Shown here: positions 52,513 through 62,042 of the stretch, in pieces
Numbering within the stretch: position 1 is the first letter of the stretch
How the letters are laid out: each line of letters starts with the position of its first letter
Assembly (NCBI GenBank): GCA_937982505.1
Contig: CALJLV010000066.1
Location: 4,819-68,818 of the forward strand
DNA: 64,000 bases
Direction of reading: 5' to 3'
DNA from: an uncultured Desulfobacteraceae bacterium
GTDB taxonomy: Bacteria > Desulfobacterota > Desulfobacteria > Desulfobacterales > UBA2174
Position numbers and translations under genes: made by a program
Notes under the pieces: generated by a model
Database searches by the model: none
The model's input: the letters and a program-made list of their open reading frames with translations, nothing else
What the model was told of the DNA's origin: nothing

Positions 52513-53454
52513 ATGCCTGACTTGAAGTGCGAAGACATCCAAAAGGTGCTGGTGGTCGGCGCCGGGACCATGGGCGGCCAGATCGCCTGGCTCCTTGCGG
52601 CCAATGGCCTGAAGGTATCGGTCTACGACGCCTTGGGTGAGGCGCTGGCGGCCCTGCCGGCGCGCCTGGATGCGCTGGCCCGGCGCTTCTGTCGCCGCGG
52701 CCGGCTCTCCGAGGATCAGGCCCGCCAGGCCCTGGCGCGCATCGAGATCACGGCCGACCCGGACCGGGCCGCCGCCGGAGCCGACCTGCTCAGCGAATCG
52801 GTCCCCGAGGATCCGGACCTCAAGGGGCGGGTGCTGGCCGATTTTCACCGCCGCTGCCCGCCCCGCACCATCTTTACCACCAACACCTCCACTTTGCTCC
52901 CTTCCCGGTTCGCCGCCGCCAGCGGCCGGCCCGAGCGCCTGGCGGCCCTGCATTTTCACGACGTGTCCCTGTCGTGCATCGTGGACGTGATGCCCCATGC
53001 GCACACCGACCCGAAAATCGTCGAACTGCTGGCGAACTTCTGCCGGCGCATCGGCCAGGCGCCCATCGTCCTGGCCCGGGAGAGCAGCGGCTATGTCTTC
53101 AACGCCATGCTCACCCGGCTCTTCGACGCCGCCCTGACCCTGGCCGCCAATGGGGTGGCCGCGGTGGAGGACATCGACCGCTCCTGGATGGGGGTCACCT
53201 GGATGCCCGCCGGCCCCTTCGGCATTATGGACAGCATCGGTCTGGCGACCGTCCACCAGATCTGCGCCTACTGGGCCGAGCGCCGCAACGATCCCCAGGC
53301 CCGGACCAACGCCGCTTTCGTAGAGCGCCTGGTGGCCGAAGGCCGCCTGGGGGTCAAGACCGGCCAGGGCTTTTACACCTATCCGGACCCGGCCTTCCGG
53401 CGCCCGGACTTTCTCACCGCCGCCGTTCCATCCGGAAAAGGAGAAACCCCATGA
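52513..53454 (+). CDS. 3-hydroxyacyl-CoA dehydrogenase (NAD-binding)
   Basis: Rossmann motif VLVVGAGTMGGQIA. The ESVPEDPDLK block and the C-terminal HADH domain pattern are present. Confidence 0.85.
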   Translation: MPDLKCEDIQKVLVVGAGTMGGQIAWLLAANGLKVSVYDALGEALAALPARLDALARRFCRRGRLSEDQARQALARIEITADPDRAAAGADLLSESVPEDPDLKGRVLADFHRRCPPRTIFTTNTSTLLPSRFAAASGRPERLAALHFHDVSLSCIVDVMPHAHTDPKIVELLANFCRRIGQAPIVLARESSGYVFNAMLTRLFDAALTLAANGVAAVEDIDRSWMGVTWMPAGPFGIMDSIGLATVHQICAYWAERRNDPQARTNAAFVERLVAEGRLGVKTGQGFYTYPDPAFRRPDFLTAAVPSGKGETP

Positions 53455-54785
53455 CGACCCATCGCGTCGCCATCGTGCGCTACCAGGCGCCGGACGCATC
53501 GGTGCGCCGGGCCGTGGACCTGGCCGGGGGCCTGCCGGCCCTCAAACCCGGCGCCCGGGTCCTGATCAAGCCCAACATCGTTTACTGGACCCGGTCGGTG
53601 CCGTTTCCCAAGTGGGGTATGATCACCACCAGCCGGGTGGTCGAAGACATGGTGACCCTGCTCAAGGCGCGCGGCGTGGACCGCATCACCATCGCCGAGG
53701 GGGTGGTCACCGCCGATCCCAGGGACGCCCAGACCCCGGCCCACGCCTTTGCCACCCTGGGCTACGACATCCTGGCCAGGCGCTACGGGGTCAAGATCCG
53801 CAACGTGATGGAGGGGCGCTTCGCACCGGTGGATCTGGGCGGCGGCGTCACCCTCAAGTTCTGCGCCGAGGCCCTGGAAAGCGACCTGATCGTGGATCTG
53901 CCGGTCTTGAAGGCCCACAACCAGACCATGGTCAGCCTGGGGATCAAGAACCTCAAGGGGCTCATCGACATCCCCTCGCGCAAAAAATGCCATCGCATGG
54001 ACCCCGGCGCGGACCTGCATGCCATGGTGGCCCGCCTGGCCGACGGCCTGCCGCCGGTCTTCACCCTCATCGACGGGATCTACTCCTGCGAGAGGGGGCC
54101 GGCCTTCGACGGCAAGATGCACCGCAGCGACCTGCTCATCGCCTCGCGCGACGTACTCTCCGCCGACCTGGTGGGCGCCCGGGTCCTGGGCCACGAGCCG
54201 GCCGCCGTGCCTCACCTGGCCCACGCGGCCCGCAACCACGGCCGGCCCCTGGATCTTTCCGACGTCCAGGTGGTGGGCGAGCCCATCGCCGCCGTGGCCC
54301 GCTTTCACGCCTACGACTTCGACTACGGCCGGGACGCGGAGGGCAACTGGTTGCCCGTGGCCTTGCTCAAGCAGGGCATCCGCGGCCTGTCCTATCCCAA
54401 GTACGACCTTTCCATGTGCACCTATTGCTCGGGGGTCAACGGGGTGGTGCTCACCGCCATTCGCCATGCCTGGAAGGGGGAGCCCTTCGACGACGTGGAG
54501 ATCCTGACCGGCAAGGCCATGGCGCCCAGCCCGGGAAAGAAGAAGACCATCCTGCTGGGCAAATGCATGTACCAGGCGCACAGGGACAACCCGGCAATCA
54601 ACGAGATGATCGCGGTCAAGGGGTGTCCGCCCAAGCCGGATCAGATCGTTGCGGCCCTGCACCGGGCCGGCATCGGGGTGGACCCGGCCCTGTTCGCCCA
54701 CATGGACCAGTTGGCCGGCTTCTTCATGGCGCGCTACCAGGGCAAGCCGGAGTTCGACGAAGCCTTCTTCCGCGTGGCGGAGTAA
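53451..54785 (+). CDS. DUF362-domain protein with C-terminal Cys motifs
   Basis: ATG at 53451 (ATGA overlap with the HADH stop). VLIKPNIV...TTSRVVEDMV is typical of DUF362. Late Cys residues occur in CTYCSG, GKCMY and GCPPKP. Confidence 0.75.
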   Translation: MTTHRVAIVRYQAPDASVRRAVDLAGGLPALKPGARVLIKPNIVYWTRSVPFPKWGMITTSRVVEDMVTLLKARGVDRITIAEGVVTADPRDAQTPAHAFATLGYDILARRYGVKIRNVMEGRFAPVDLGGGVTLKFCAEALESDLIVDLPVLKAHNQTMVSLGIKNLKGLIDIPSRKKCHRMDPGADLHAMVARLADGLPPVFTLIDGIYSCERGPAFDGKMHRSDLLIASRDVLSADLVGARVLGHEPAAVPHLAHAARNHGRPLDLSDVQVVGEPIAAVARFHAYDFDYGRDAEGNWLPVALLKQGIRGLSYPKYDLSMCTYCSGVNGVVLTAIRHAWKGEPFDDVEILTGKAMAPSPGKKKTILLGKCMYQAHRDNPAINEMIAVKGCPPKPDQIVAALHRAGIGVDPALFAHMDQLAGFFMARYQGKPEFDEAFFRVAE

Positions 54786-54869
54786 ATGTTGGATACACTG
54801 GCGGTTCTCTGCGGGGGACGGCCGCAACCGCTCCCTGGCTTGAGGCGGACCGCTGACAAAGGAGCCTTC

Positions 54870-55886
54870 ATGACCGAGCTGCGCTTCGATCCGAACCTCT
54901 GCCGGGCCTGTGCGACGGTGGACTGTCTGGTGCGCTGCCAGTACCTCGACCTCGACCTGCCCGGGGCCCGGATCGAGAAGGATCTCATCCTGGACGGCCG
55001 GCCAAGCCGGGTCCTGACCGATTGTGTCACCTGCTACGGCTGCGAGGAATACTGCCCCCACGGCAACCACCCCTTCTACCTGATCGTCGAGCGCCAGGAG
55101 CAGCTGGGCATCCAGCCGGCCCCGGCCCCCATCACCCGCCAGCAGCTGATCATGATGGGCGACAAGAACGACGCTCCGCCGGCCCGGGTCCAGGCCCCGG
55201 TGATCCATCTGTGCGCCTTTCCCATGCTGGCCGGCGGCATCGCCGGCCCCCTGTACGAAGACGCTTCGGTAATCGCGGGCAACGACATTTTCTGCAATGT
55301 GATGTGGCTCCACTTCGCCCGCAACTCGGTGATCCGCGAACGGCTGCCGCGGGTCATCGCCCGAATCTGGGAGCGTTATCTGCGCGACAGCGGGGTGGAC
55401 GAGATCGTCTGCTACCACGACGAGTGCTACGCCACCTTCACGCGCATCGCCCCGGCCTTCGGCATCGAGGTCCCTTTCCGCTGCGTGCATCTGTTCGAGT
55501 TTCTCGCCGGTCGCCTGGAGGCTTTGGCCGGCCGGGTCCGGCCCCTGAAGGCCCGGGCCGTCTACCAGCGGCCCTGCTCCAATCGCCTGATTCCGGAAAC
55601 CGACCGCTGGGTGGACGAGATCTTCGCCCGCATCGGGGTCGAGCGGGTGGCGCGCCGCTACGATCGTGGCACCCCCCTGTGCTGCGGCGGGGTGCTCTAT
55701 GCCCACCAGCGCGACGATCTGGGCGACGACGTCCAGCGGCGCAACCTGGACGACATGCAGGCCGCCGGGGCGGCCTTCTGCGTCTTCAACTGCCCGGCCT
55801 GCATGCTGAGCCTGGGCGAGGCGGCGGCCGAGCGGGGCCTTTTTCCCATCTTCATGAGCGATCTGTGCCGGGAGGCGGTCAAATGA
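54870..55886 (+). CDS. Fe-S oxidoreductase with a CCG (cysteine-rich) domain, HdrD/GlcF-like
   Basis: ATG at 54870 with a GGAG RBS. The Fe-S motifs are CRACATVDCLVRC and CVTCYGCEEYCP. The CCG motif is in GTPLCCGG. Confidence 0.75.
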   Translation: MTELRFDPNLCRACATVDCLVRCQYLDLDLPGARIEKDLILDGRPSRVLTDCVTCYGCEEYCPHGNHPFYLIVERQEQLGIQPAPAPITRQQLIMMGDKNDAPPARVQAPVIHLCAFPMLAGGIAGPLYEDASVIAGNDIFCNVMWLHFARNSVIRERLPRVIARIWERYLRDSGVDEIVCYHDECYATFTRIAPAFGIEVPFRCVHLFEFLAGRLEALAGRVRPLKARAVYQRPCSNRLIPETDRWVDEIFARIGVERVARRYDRGTPLCCGGVLYAHQRDDLGDDVQRRNLDDMQAAGAAFCVFNCPACMLSLGEAAAERGLFPIFMSDLCREAVK

Positions 55887-57283
55887 AGGACCATGGGGCG
55901 ATGCAGAGAATCGTGCGGGAGCTGGCCGCCATCGTGGGCGACCGCCATGTCTCGGACGCCGCCGAGGAGCGCTACCTCTACGGCCGGGACATGGGCACCA
56001 TGCCCCCGGCCCCGCCGGACATGGTGGTGCTGCCCGGCACGACCGCCGAGGTCCAGGCCGTGGTGCGCCTGGCCAACCGGGAACGGGTCCCCCTGGTGCC
56101 CATGGGGGCCGGGCTGGTCCTCTCCGGGCTGACCCGGGCCCTGGCCGGCGGGATCGTGGTGGACCTCAAGCGGATGAACCGGGTGGTGGCGGTCAATGAC
56201 GTCAGCCGCTACGCCGTGGTCGAGGCGGGCACGAGCCAGGGCATGCTCCAGGCCTACCTCAAAAAGCATCACCCGACCCTCAAGCATTCGCTGCCCGATG
56301 CTCCGCCCATGGCCACCATCGGCGGCAACGTCCTGATCCACGGCTCCGGGCACATGAGCTGCGCCTACGGGTTTCACTCGGACATGCTCAACGGCCTGGA
56401 GGTGGTCCTGCCCACCGGCGAGGTGGCCCGCATCGGCAGCTGCGCGGTTTCCGACTACTGGTTCGCCCGCGCTCCGTTGCCCGATCTGGCCGGGCTCTTT
56501 CTGGGCTGGGCCGGGACCACCGGGATCGTCACGCGCCTGGCGATCAAGCTTTTCCCCCGCTACCCCTTCAACGACGTGGCGATCTTCGTGGCCGACGATC
56601 CGGCGGTCATCCCGGATGTGCTCGGCCGCCTGACCGCGGTCCAGGTGGCCGAGGACATGACCGCCTGGATGACCCCCAAGCCGGCCTGGGCCGCCGGCCA
56701 CCAGCATGTCAACATCTGCTGGGGCGGCCACAGCCGCGAGGAGCTGATCTGCAAGCGCGACCTGCTGCGCGCGGCGGTGCGCGACTACATCCAGGCCCGC
56801 ACCGCCGGCTTCATGCCCCTGCCCCCGCCGCTCAAAAAGCGCTTCACCCGCCTGCCCGACAGCCAGTTGACCACCTTTGCCGACGTGCGTAAAGGCGGCG
56901 GCTTCGAGTACGTGGGGGCCATCATGCCGGTGGACCTTTTTGCCGCGGCCTACCGCCTGGGCGTCCGGGTGGCCGAGGCCCGGGGCGTGGCCTACTCGCT
57001 GGGCGCGCGCATCATCGGCGCCAACCACTGCATGATGTTCTTTTTCGCCTACGCCTTCAACCGCGCCGACGACGCCGACGTGGCCCGGGCCCAGGGGGCC
57101 CTGGAAGAGACCAACCGGGAGGTCATCGCCCTGGGCGGGATCCCCTGGAAGGCCGAGGCCCCGGCCCAGCAGGCGATCCTGGCGCGCATGGACCCCAGCA
57201 CCCGGGAGCTGATGGCGCGCCTGCGCCGGGCCGTGGATCCCAACGGAATCATGAATCCGGGCAACTGGGAGACGGAACGGTGA
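55883..57283 (+). CDS. FAD-binding oxidoreductase (GlcD / D-lactate dehydrogenase-like, FAD_binding_4)
   Basis: VVLPGTTAEVQAVVRLANRERVPLVPMGAG is the typical PCMH-type FAD domain. The C-terminal block DPNGIMNPG is present. The ATG overlaps the upstream stop. Confidence 0.85.
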   Translation: MKDHGAMQRIVRELAAIVGDRHVSDAAEERYLYGRDMGTMPPAPPDMVVLPGTTAEVQAVVRLANRERVPLVPMGAGLVLSGLTRALAGGIVVDLKRMNRVVAVNDVSRYAVVEAGTSQGMLQAYLKKHHPTLKHSLPDAPPMATIGGNVLIHGSGHMSCAYGFHSDMLNGLEVVLPTGEVARIGSCAVSDYWFARAPLPDLAGLFLGWAGTTGIVTRLAIKLFPRYPFNDVAIFVADDPAVIPDVLGRLTAVQVAEDMTAWMTPKPAWAAGHQHVNICWGGHSREELICKRDLLRAAVRDYIQARTAGFMPLPPPLKKRFTRLPDSQLTTFADVRKGGGFEYVGAIMPVDLFAAAYRLGVRVAEARGVAYSLGARIIGANHCMMFFFAYAFNRADDADVARAQGALEETNREVIALGGIPWKAEAPAQQAILARMDPSTRELMARLRRAVDPNGIMNPGNWETER

Positions 57284-58464
57284 AAGAAGGATTCCCCATG
57301 GACCACGCCGAGATTCTGCACCGCTGTTTCCGCTGCGGCTACTGCAAGCTGCCGGGCAACCACGTGGACCTCAACTGCCCGGCCTACCTCGAATCGCGTT
57401 TCGAGACCTTCTCTCCCGGGGGGCGCATGTGGCTCCTGAGGGCCTGGCGCGACGGGGAGCTGGAGGCCTCGGAAAGATTCCAGCGGATTCTGTTTTCCTG
57501 CGCCACCTGCGCCAACTGCACCGAACAGTGCGTCTTTCCCAAATTCAAGGACCGGCTCCTGGACGTCTTTGCCGCCGGCAAGGCCGCCCTGGTGGAGGCC
57601 GGCAGGGTGCCGCCGGCGGTGCGCGATTATCTCACCGCCGTCTTCGATCACGGCAACCCGTTTAAGCTGCCGCCCAAACGGCGCACCCTCTGGGCCGAGG
57701 GCCTGGATCTGCCGCGCTTCGACGGCCAGGCGTATCTGCTGTGGATCGGCGATGTGGGCGCCGGGGATCCGCGCGGCCGGCAGATGGCCCGCCAGGTGGC
57801 GCGCGTGCTGCAGCGCGCCGGAATCCAGATGGGCATCCTGGGGCCGGACGAGACCAGCGACGGCAACGAGGCCGCCGCCCTGGGAGAAGGCGAACTCTTC
57901 AGCCATCTGGCGCGGCAAAACATCGCCCGCTTCCGGGAACGGGGGGTGCGGCGTATCATCACCCTGTCGCCCCACGGGTTCAACGCCCTTTCGCGCCTGT
58001 ATCCGGCCCACGGGGGCGACTTTGCCGTCTTTCACTACACCCAGATCCTGGCCCGGCACATGGACCGGCTGGCCCCGCCCACAGGCGGCCCTCCGCTGGC
58101 GGTCACCTTCCACGATCCTTGCTATCTGGCCCGCCACAACGGCGAGGTCCAGGCCCCGCGGCGCATCCTGGCCCGCCTGCCCGGAGTGACGCTCCAGGAA
58201 ATGGACCGCAGCGGCAAGAACGCCCTGTGCTGCGGGGGCGGGGGCGGCAACTACTTTACCCACCTGCTCGGCGAAGGGCCCGACAGCGCGGCCCGGGTGC
58301 GGGTACGCGAGGCGACCGCCACCGGGACCGCCGTGATGCTCACGTGCTGTCCCACCTGCCTGGCCATGCTCGAGTCGGCCGCCGTGTCGCAAAACCTGGA
58401 CGGCCGGCTGCGGGTCTGCGACCTCGCCGAGCTGGTGATGGAAAGACTGGACGGGTGCTCCTGA
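57280..58464 (+). CDS. Fe-S oxidoreductase with 4Fe-4S and CCG domains (GlcF/HdrD-like)
   Basis: CFRCGYCK...CP, CATCANCTEQC and the CCG motif NALCCGGGGG. The GTG at 57280 overlaps the upstream stop. The alternative ATG at 57298 has an RBS-like GAAAGAAGGA upstream. Confidence 0.8.
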   Translation: MKEGFPMDHAEILHRCFRCGYCKLPGNHVDLNCPAYLESRFETFSPGGRMWLLRAWRDGELEASERFQRILFSCATCANCTEQCVFPKFKDRLLDVFAAGKAALVEAGRVPPAVRDYLTAVFDHGNPFKLPPKRRTLWAEGLDLPRFDGQAYLLWIGDVGAGDPRGRQMARQVARVLQRAGIQMGILGPDETSDGNEAAALGEGELFSHLARQNIARFRERGVRRIITLSPHGFNALSRLYPAHGGDFAVFHYTQILARHMDRLAPPTGGPPLAVTFHDPCYLARHNGEVQAPRRILARLPGVTLQEMDRSGKNALCCGGGGGNYFTHLLGEGPDSAARVRVREATATGTAVMLTCCPTCLAMLESAAVSQNLDGRLRVCDLAELVMERLDGCS

Positions 58465-58570
58465 GCGCGCCGCCCCTTGACATCGCCGGCAGACCTTACC
58501 CATACTGACCGGTCATCATCGCCCACGGAGCGTGAAGACGACCTCTACCGTCCCAGGAAAGGAGACCCCC

Positions 58571-58981
58571 ATGGCCAAAATGAATGCCCGCATCAAGGAA
58601 CTCTTTGAAAAGGTCCAGGCCGCCGTGTTGTCCACCGCCTCCGCCGACGGGATGCCCAACGCCGTGCCGGTGGGCGCCAAGCGGGTGATCGACGAGGAAA
58701 CCATCCTGATCTCCGACCAGTTTCTCAACAAGACCCGGATCAATCTGGACGCCAACCCGCAGGTGGCCGTTACCTTCTGGGAAGGCCACGAAGGCTACCA
58801 GATCAAGGGCCGGGCAACGGTGGAGACCCACGGGGAGCGTTTCGACGAAACGGCCCTGTGGATCCAGGAGCTGGGCAACAAGGTGGGCTTTCCCCTCAGG
58901 TCCAAGGGCGCCGTGATCATCAAGATCGAAGCGGTCTACGCCGTGGCCCCGGGCCCGGGGGCCGGCCGGCAGCTGGCCTGA
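58571..58981 (+). CDS. Pyridoxamine 5'-phosphate oxidase-family (flavin-binding split barrel) protein
   Basis: ATG at 58571 with a GGAAAGGAGA RBS. AVLSTASADGMPNAVPVG...ISDQFLNKT...VAVTFW is a typical PNPOx-like fold pattern. Confidence 0.75.
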   Translation: MAKMNARIKELFEKVQAAVLSTASADGMPNAVPVGAKRVIDEETILISDQFLNKTRINLDANPQVAVTFWEGHEGYQIKGRATVETHGERFDETALWIQELGNKVGFPLRSKGAVIIKIEAVYAVAPGPGAGRQLA

Positions 58982-58982
58982 A

Positions 58983-60056
58983 ATGCCGCCGGACCTGATC
59001 CTCCGGGCCGGTGAGCGTGCCCGGCAGATCCTGTGCGAGGAAGGGTTGCGCCCCGAACGGGTGCGGGTGGTGGCCGGAGCCGCGGGCGGGCCCAAGTGGC
59101 TGGTGCTCAACGGGCTGGACCGGCTGCTGTTCGGCGGCTGGCTCGCCAGGGCCCGCAGCCCCCTGTTCCTGGTGGGCTCTTCCATCGGGGCCTGGCGTTT
59201 TGCCGCGGCCGCCACCGAAGACCCGGCCGGCGCTGTCGACCGCTTCGAGACCGGCTACATCGGCCAGCGCTACCGCCGCCTTCCGACCCCGGAGGAAATT
59301 TCGGCCGAAAGCCGGCGGATTCAGACGGGTTTTCTCGGTCCCGCCGGGGCCGATCAGGTGCTCTGCCACCCCCGGCTGCGTCTCAATGTCCTGGCGGTGC
59401 GCTGCCGGGGTGCCTGGACCGGCAATGGGCGTTGGCGCCTGGCGCTCTACCTGGCCGGAGCGGCCCTGGCCAACCTGGCGGCGCGGCGTCTGCTGGGGCT
59501 TTTCTTCGAACGGGTCCTCTTTTTCGACCCGCGTGATCGGCCGCCGTTTTTCGAGATGGACGGGTTTCCCCCGCGGCGCATCCCCTTGACGCCGCAAAAC
59601 CTGGTCCCGGCCCTGCTGGCCTCCGGGGCGGTGCCCCTGCTCATGGCCGGGGTCACCGGGATCGCCGGCGCGCCGCAGGGGGTGTACCGCGACGGCGGGC
59701 TCATCGACTATCACGTGGACATCCCCTTCGGGGTCGACCCGGACGAGATCGTTCTTTTCCCCCACTATGCCGGGCGCATCGTGCCCGGGTGGTTCGACAA
59801 GCGCCTGGCCCGGCGCCGGCCGGATCCGGCGCACATGCGAAACGTGGTGCAGATCGCCCCGTCGCCCGCCTTCATTCGGTCCCTGCCCTTTGGAAAGATA
59901 CCGGACCGCCAGGATTTCTACACCTTCAAGGGCCGTGACGCCGAACGCATCGCCTGCTGGCGCGAGGTGGTGCGCCGCAGCCGGCGCCTGGCCGAGGCCT
60001 TTGGCGAACTGGCCGCCGCCGGTCCCCTCGGGGACCGGGTCCGGCCCCTGGAATGA
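58983..60056 (+). CDS. Patatin-like phospholipase family protein (tentative)
   Basis: A GxSxG nucleophile elbow (VGSSIGAW), an Asp-Gly-Gly dyad block (YRDGGLIDYH) and a Gly-rich N-terminal loop (GAAGGPKW). Confidence 0.6.
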   Translation: MPPDLILRAGERARQILCEEGLRPERVRVVAGAAGGPKWLVLNGLDRLLFGGWLARARSPLFLVGSSIGAWRFAAAATEDPAGAVDRFETGYIGQRYRRLPTPEEISAESRRIQTGFLGPAGADQVLCHPRLRLNVLAVRCRGAWTGNGRWRLALYLAGAALANLAARRLLGLFFERVLFFDPRDRPPFFEMDGFPPRRIPLTPQNLVPALLASGAVPLLMAGVTGIAGAPQGVYRDGGLIDYHVDIPFGVDPDEIVLFPHYAGRIVPGWFDKRLARRRPDPAHMRNVVQIAPSPAFIRSLPFGKIPDRQDFYTFKGRDAERIACWREVVRRSRRLAEAFGELAAAGPLGDRVRPLE

Positions 60057-60077
60057 CCGGGGCCGGCACCCGCTGCC

Positions 60078-61892
60078 TTATCCGCCAAAAGCGGCTTCCG
60101 CGATGTCCACCGCCGCCCGGCCGCCGCGGGTGATCGCGGCCATTTTGCCCAGGGTCACGGGAAGCTCGCCCTGGATGAAAAACTCGGCGCTCTTGATCTG
60201 ACCTTCGTAGAAGGCCGCATCCTTGGCGGCGCTGCCCCGGGCCAGGGCTTCCGACGCCACACAGGCCCGCCACAACAGCATCCAGGTCATGATCAGGTCG
60301 CCCATGACCTCGAGAAACGGCACCGAGTGGGCGAAGGCCACTTTGAAGTCCGCCGACATGGCCGTCTGCCCCATGTGCGCGGCGACCTCCCCCAGGCGCC
60401 GGATTGCCGGAGCCACCTCGGCGGCCAAAGCCGCTAGGCGTGGGTCCTTTTCCGCCCGGGACAGGACCTTCTGAATTTCACCGATGAAGGCCATGAAAAC
60501 CGCCCCCTTTTTCATCCCGATCTTGCGGGCCAGCAGGTCCATGGCCTGGATTCCGTCGGTCCCCTCGTAGATGGAGGCGATCTTGCAGTCCCGGGCCTGC
60601 TGCTCCACCGGGTACTCCCGGGTGTAGCCGTAGCCCCCGAAGACCTGGATGGCGCGCACGCAGGTCTCGAAGCCCATCTTGGCGTTGTAGGTCTTGAGAA
60701 TCGGGGTCAGCAGATCGACCAGGTGCTTCCAGAAAGCGGCCTTTTCCGGGTCGGCACAGATCTGGGCCTGCTCCAGGCAGTGGGTCACGTAATAGGCGAA
60801 GCTGCGCATCCCCTCGACATAGGCTTTCATGCCCAGCAGCATGCGCCGCACGTCGGGATGATCGATGATGGGCACCTGGGGGGCGTCTTTTTCCAGCATC
60901 TTTTCCAGGGCCCGGCCCTGGCGCCGCTGGCGCGCATAATCCAGGGCGTAAAGGTAGCAACTGGAGGCGTGGGCCAGGGCCTGAACGCCGACGCCGAGCC
61001 GGGCTTCGTTCATCATGTGGAACATGACCCGCATCCCCTTGTTCTCTTCGCCCAGCAGATACCCCCGGCAGGTCCCCTTGCCGCCCAGGGTCAGCGAACA
61101 GGTGGCGCTGCCGTGAAGCCCCATTTTTTCCTCGATGCCGGTGCAGACCACATCGTTGGGGTCGCCCAGACTGCCGTCATCATTGACCCAGATTTTCGGA
61201 ACGATGAACAGCGAGATGCCGGCCGTGCCGGCCGGGGCCCCTTCGATGCGGGCCAGCACGGGATGGATGATGTTCTCGGTGAGGTCATGCTCCCCGGCGG
61301 TGATGAAGATCTTGTTGCCGCTGAGGCTGTAGGTGCCGTCTTGGTTCTTGCGGGCCGAGGTGACCAGGGCGCCCACGTCGGAGCCGGCCCCGGGTTCGGT
61401 GAGCAGCATGGTGCCGCCCCATTCGGCGGTATAGAGCTTTTTGAGAAATTTGGCCTTGAGGGCGTCACCGCCGAACAGCTCGATCATCTTTCCGGTGCCG
61501 TGCCCCAGCAGGGTATAGCTGGAAAAGGCGAAATTGGTGCCCATGAGATACTCGTTGGCGGCGGTGTTGATCAGGTAGGGCAACCCCTGGCCGCCGACTT
61601 CGGGATCCTCGGAGAGTGCGCACCATTCCCCTTCGCGAAAGAGCTGAAAGGGCTTGCGGTAGCTGTCCGGAGCGCGGACCGTCCCGTTTTCGAAGCGGGC
61701 GCCGCAGCGATCGCCTTCGGCATAGGTGGGCAGGATCTCCTTGAGGGCGAAACGCCGGGCTTCGGTCAACAGCAGGTCGAAGGTTTTCCTGTTGAAATCG
61801 CGATAGCGGGCGTGCTGCGTCACCGCCTCCAGGTCGAACTGTTCATACAGCACAAAATCGATGTCTCTGCGGTCCGCCACGAGTTGCGCCAT
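60078..61892 (-). CDS. Long-form acyl-CoA dehydrogenase (FadE-like, with a C-terminal extension)
   Basis: 604 aa. ACAD middle and C-terminal blocks: MLLTEPGAGSD, KIFITAGEHD and IYEGTDGIQAMDL. An AAAAAAAGGAG RBS sits upstream. Confidence 0.9.
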   Translation of the reverse strand: MAQLVADRRDIDFVLYEQFDLEAVTQHARYRDFNRKTFDLLLTEARRFALKEILPTYAEGDRCGARFENGTVRAPDSYRKPFQLFREGEWCALSEDPEVGGQGLPYLINTAANEYLMGTNFAFSSYTLLGHGTGKMIELFGGDALKAKFLKKLYTAEWGGTMLLTEPGAGSDVGALVTSARKNQDGTYSLSGNKIFITAGEHDLTENIIHPVLARIEGAPAGTAGISLFIVPKIWVNDDGSLGDPNDVVCTGIEEKMGLHGSATCSLTLGGKGTCRGYLLGEENKGMRVMFHMMNEARLGVGVQALAHASSCYLYALDYARQRRQGRALEKMLEKDAPQVPIIDHPDVRRMLLGMKAYVEGMRSFAYYVTHCLEQAQICADPEKAAFWKHLVDLLTPILKTYNAKMGFETCVRAIQVFGGYGYTREYPVEQQARDCKIASIYEGTDGIQAMDLLARKIGMKKGAVFMAFIGEIQKVLSRAEKDPRLAALAAEVAPAIRRLGEVAAHMGQTAMSADFKVAFAHSVPFLEVMGDLIMTWMLLWRACVASEALARGSAAKDAAFYEGQIKSAEFFIQGELPVTLGKMAAITRGGRAAVDIAEAAFGG

Positions 61893-61928
61893 GGTATGGG
61901 GTACTCCTTTTTTTGGACGGATGAGGCG

Positions 61929-61964
61929 CCCCGCGCCGCTGGGGTCGGGTTCAGCGGCGCGGGG
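61929..61964. other. GC-rich intergenic hairpin between two minus-strand genes
   Basis: Perfect 12-bp stem: CCCCGCGCCGCT (61929-40) pairs with AGCGGCGCGGGG (61953-64), with a 12-nt loop. No U-tract follows on the minus strand, so its role as a terminator is uncertain. Confidence 0.4.
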
Positions 61965-62042
61965 TCGATCACAGGGGTTGCAGTCTGTGCCAAACGCCCG
62001 CCCCAGAGACGCCGGGGCGGGACGACGCGCGCATCCCGCCGT

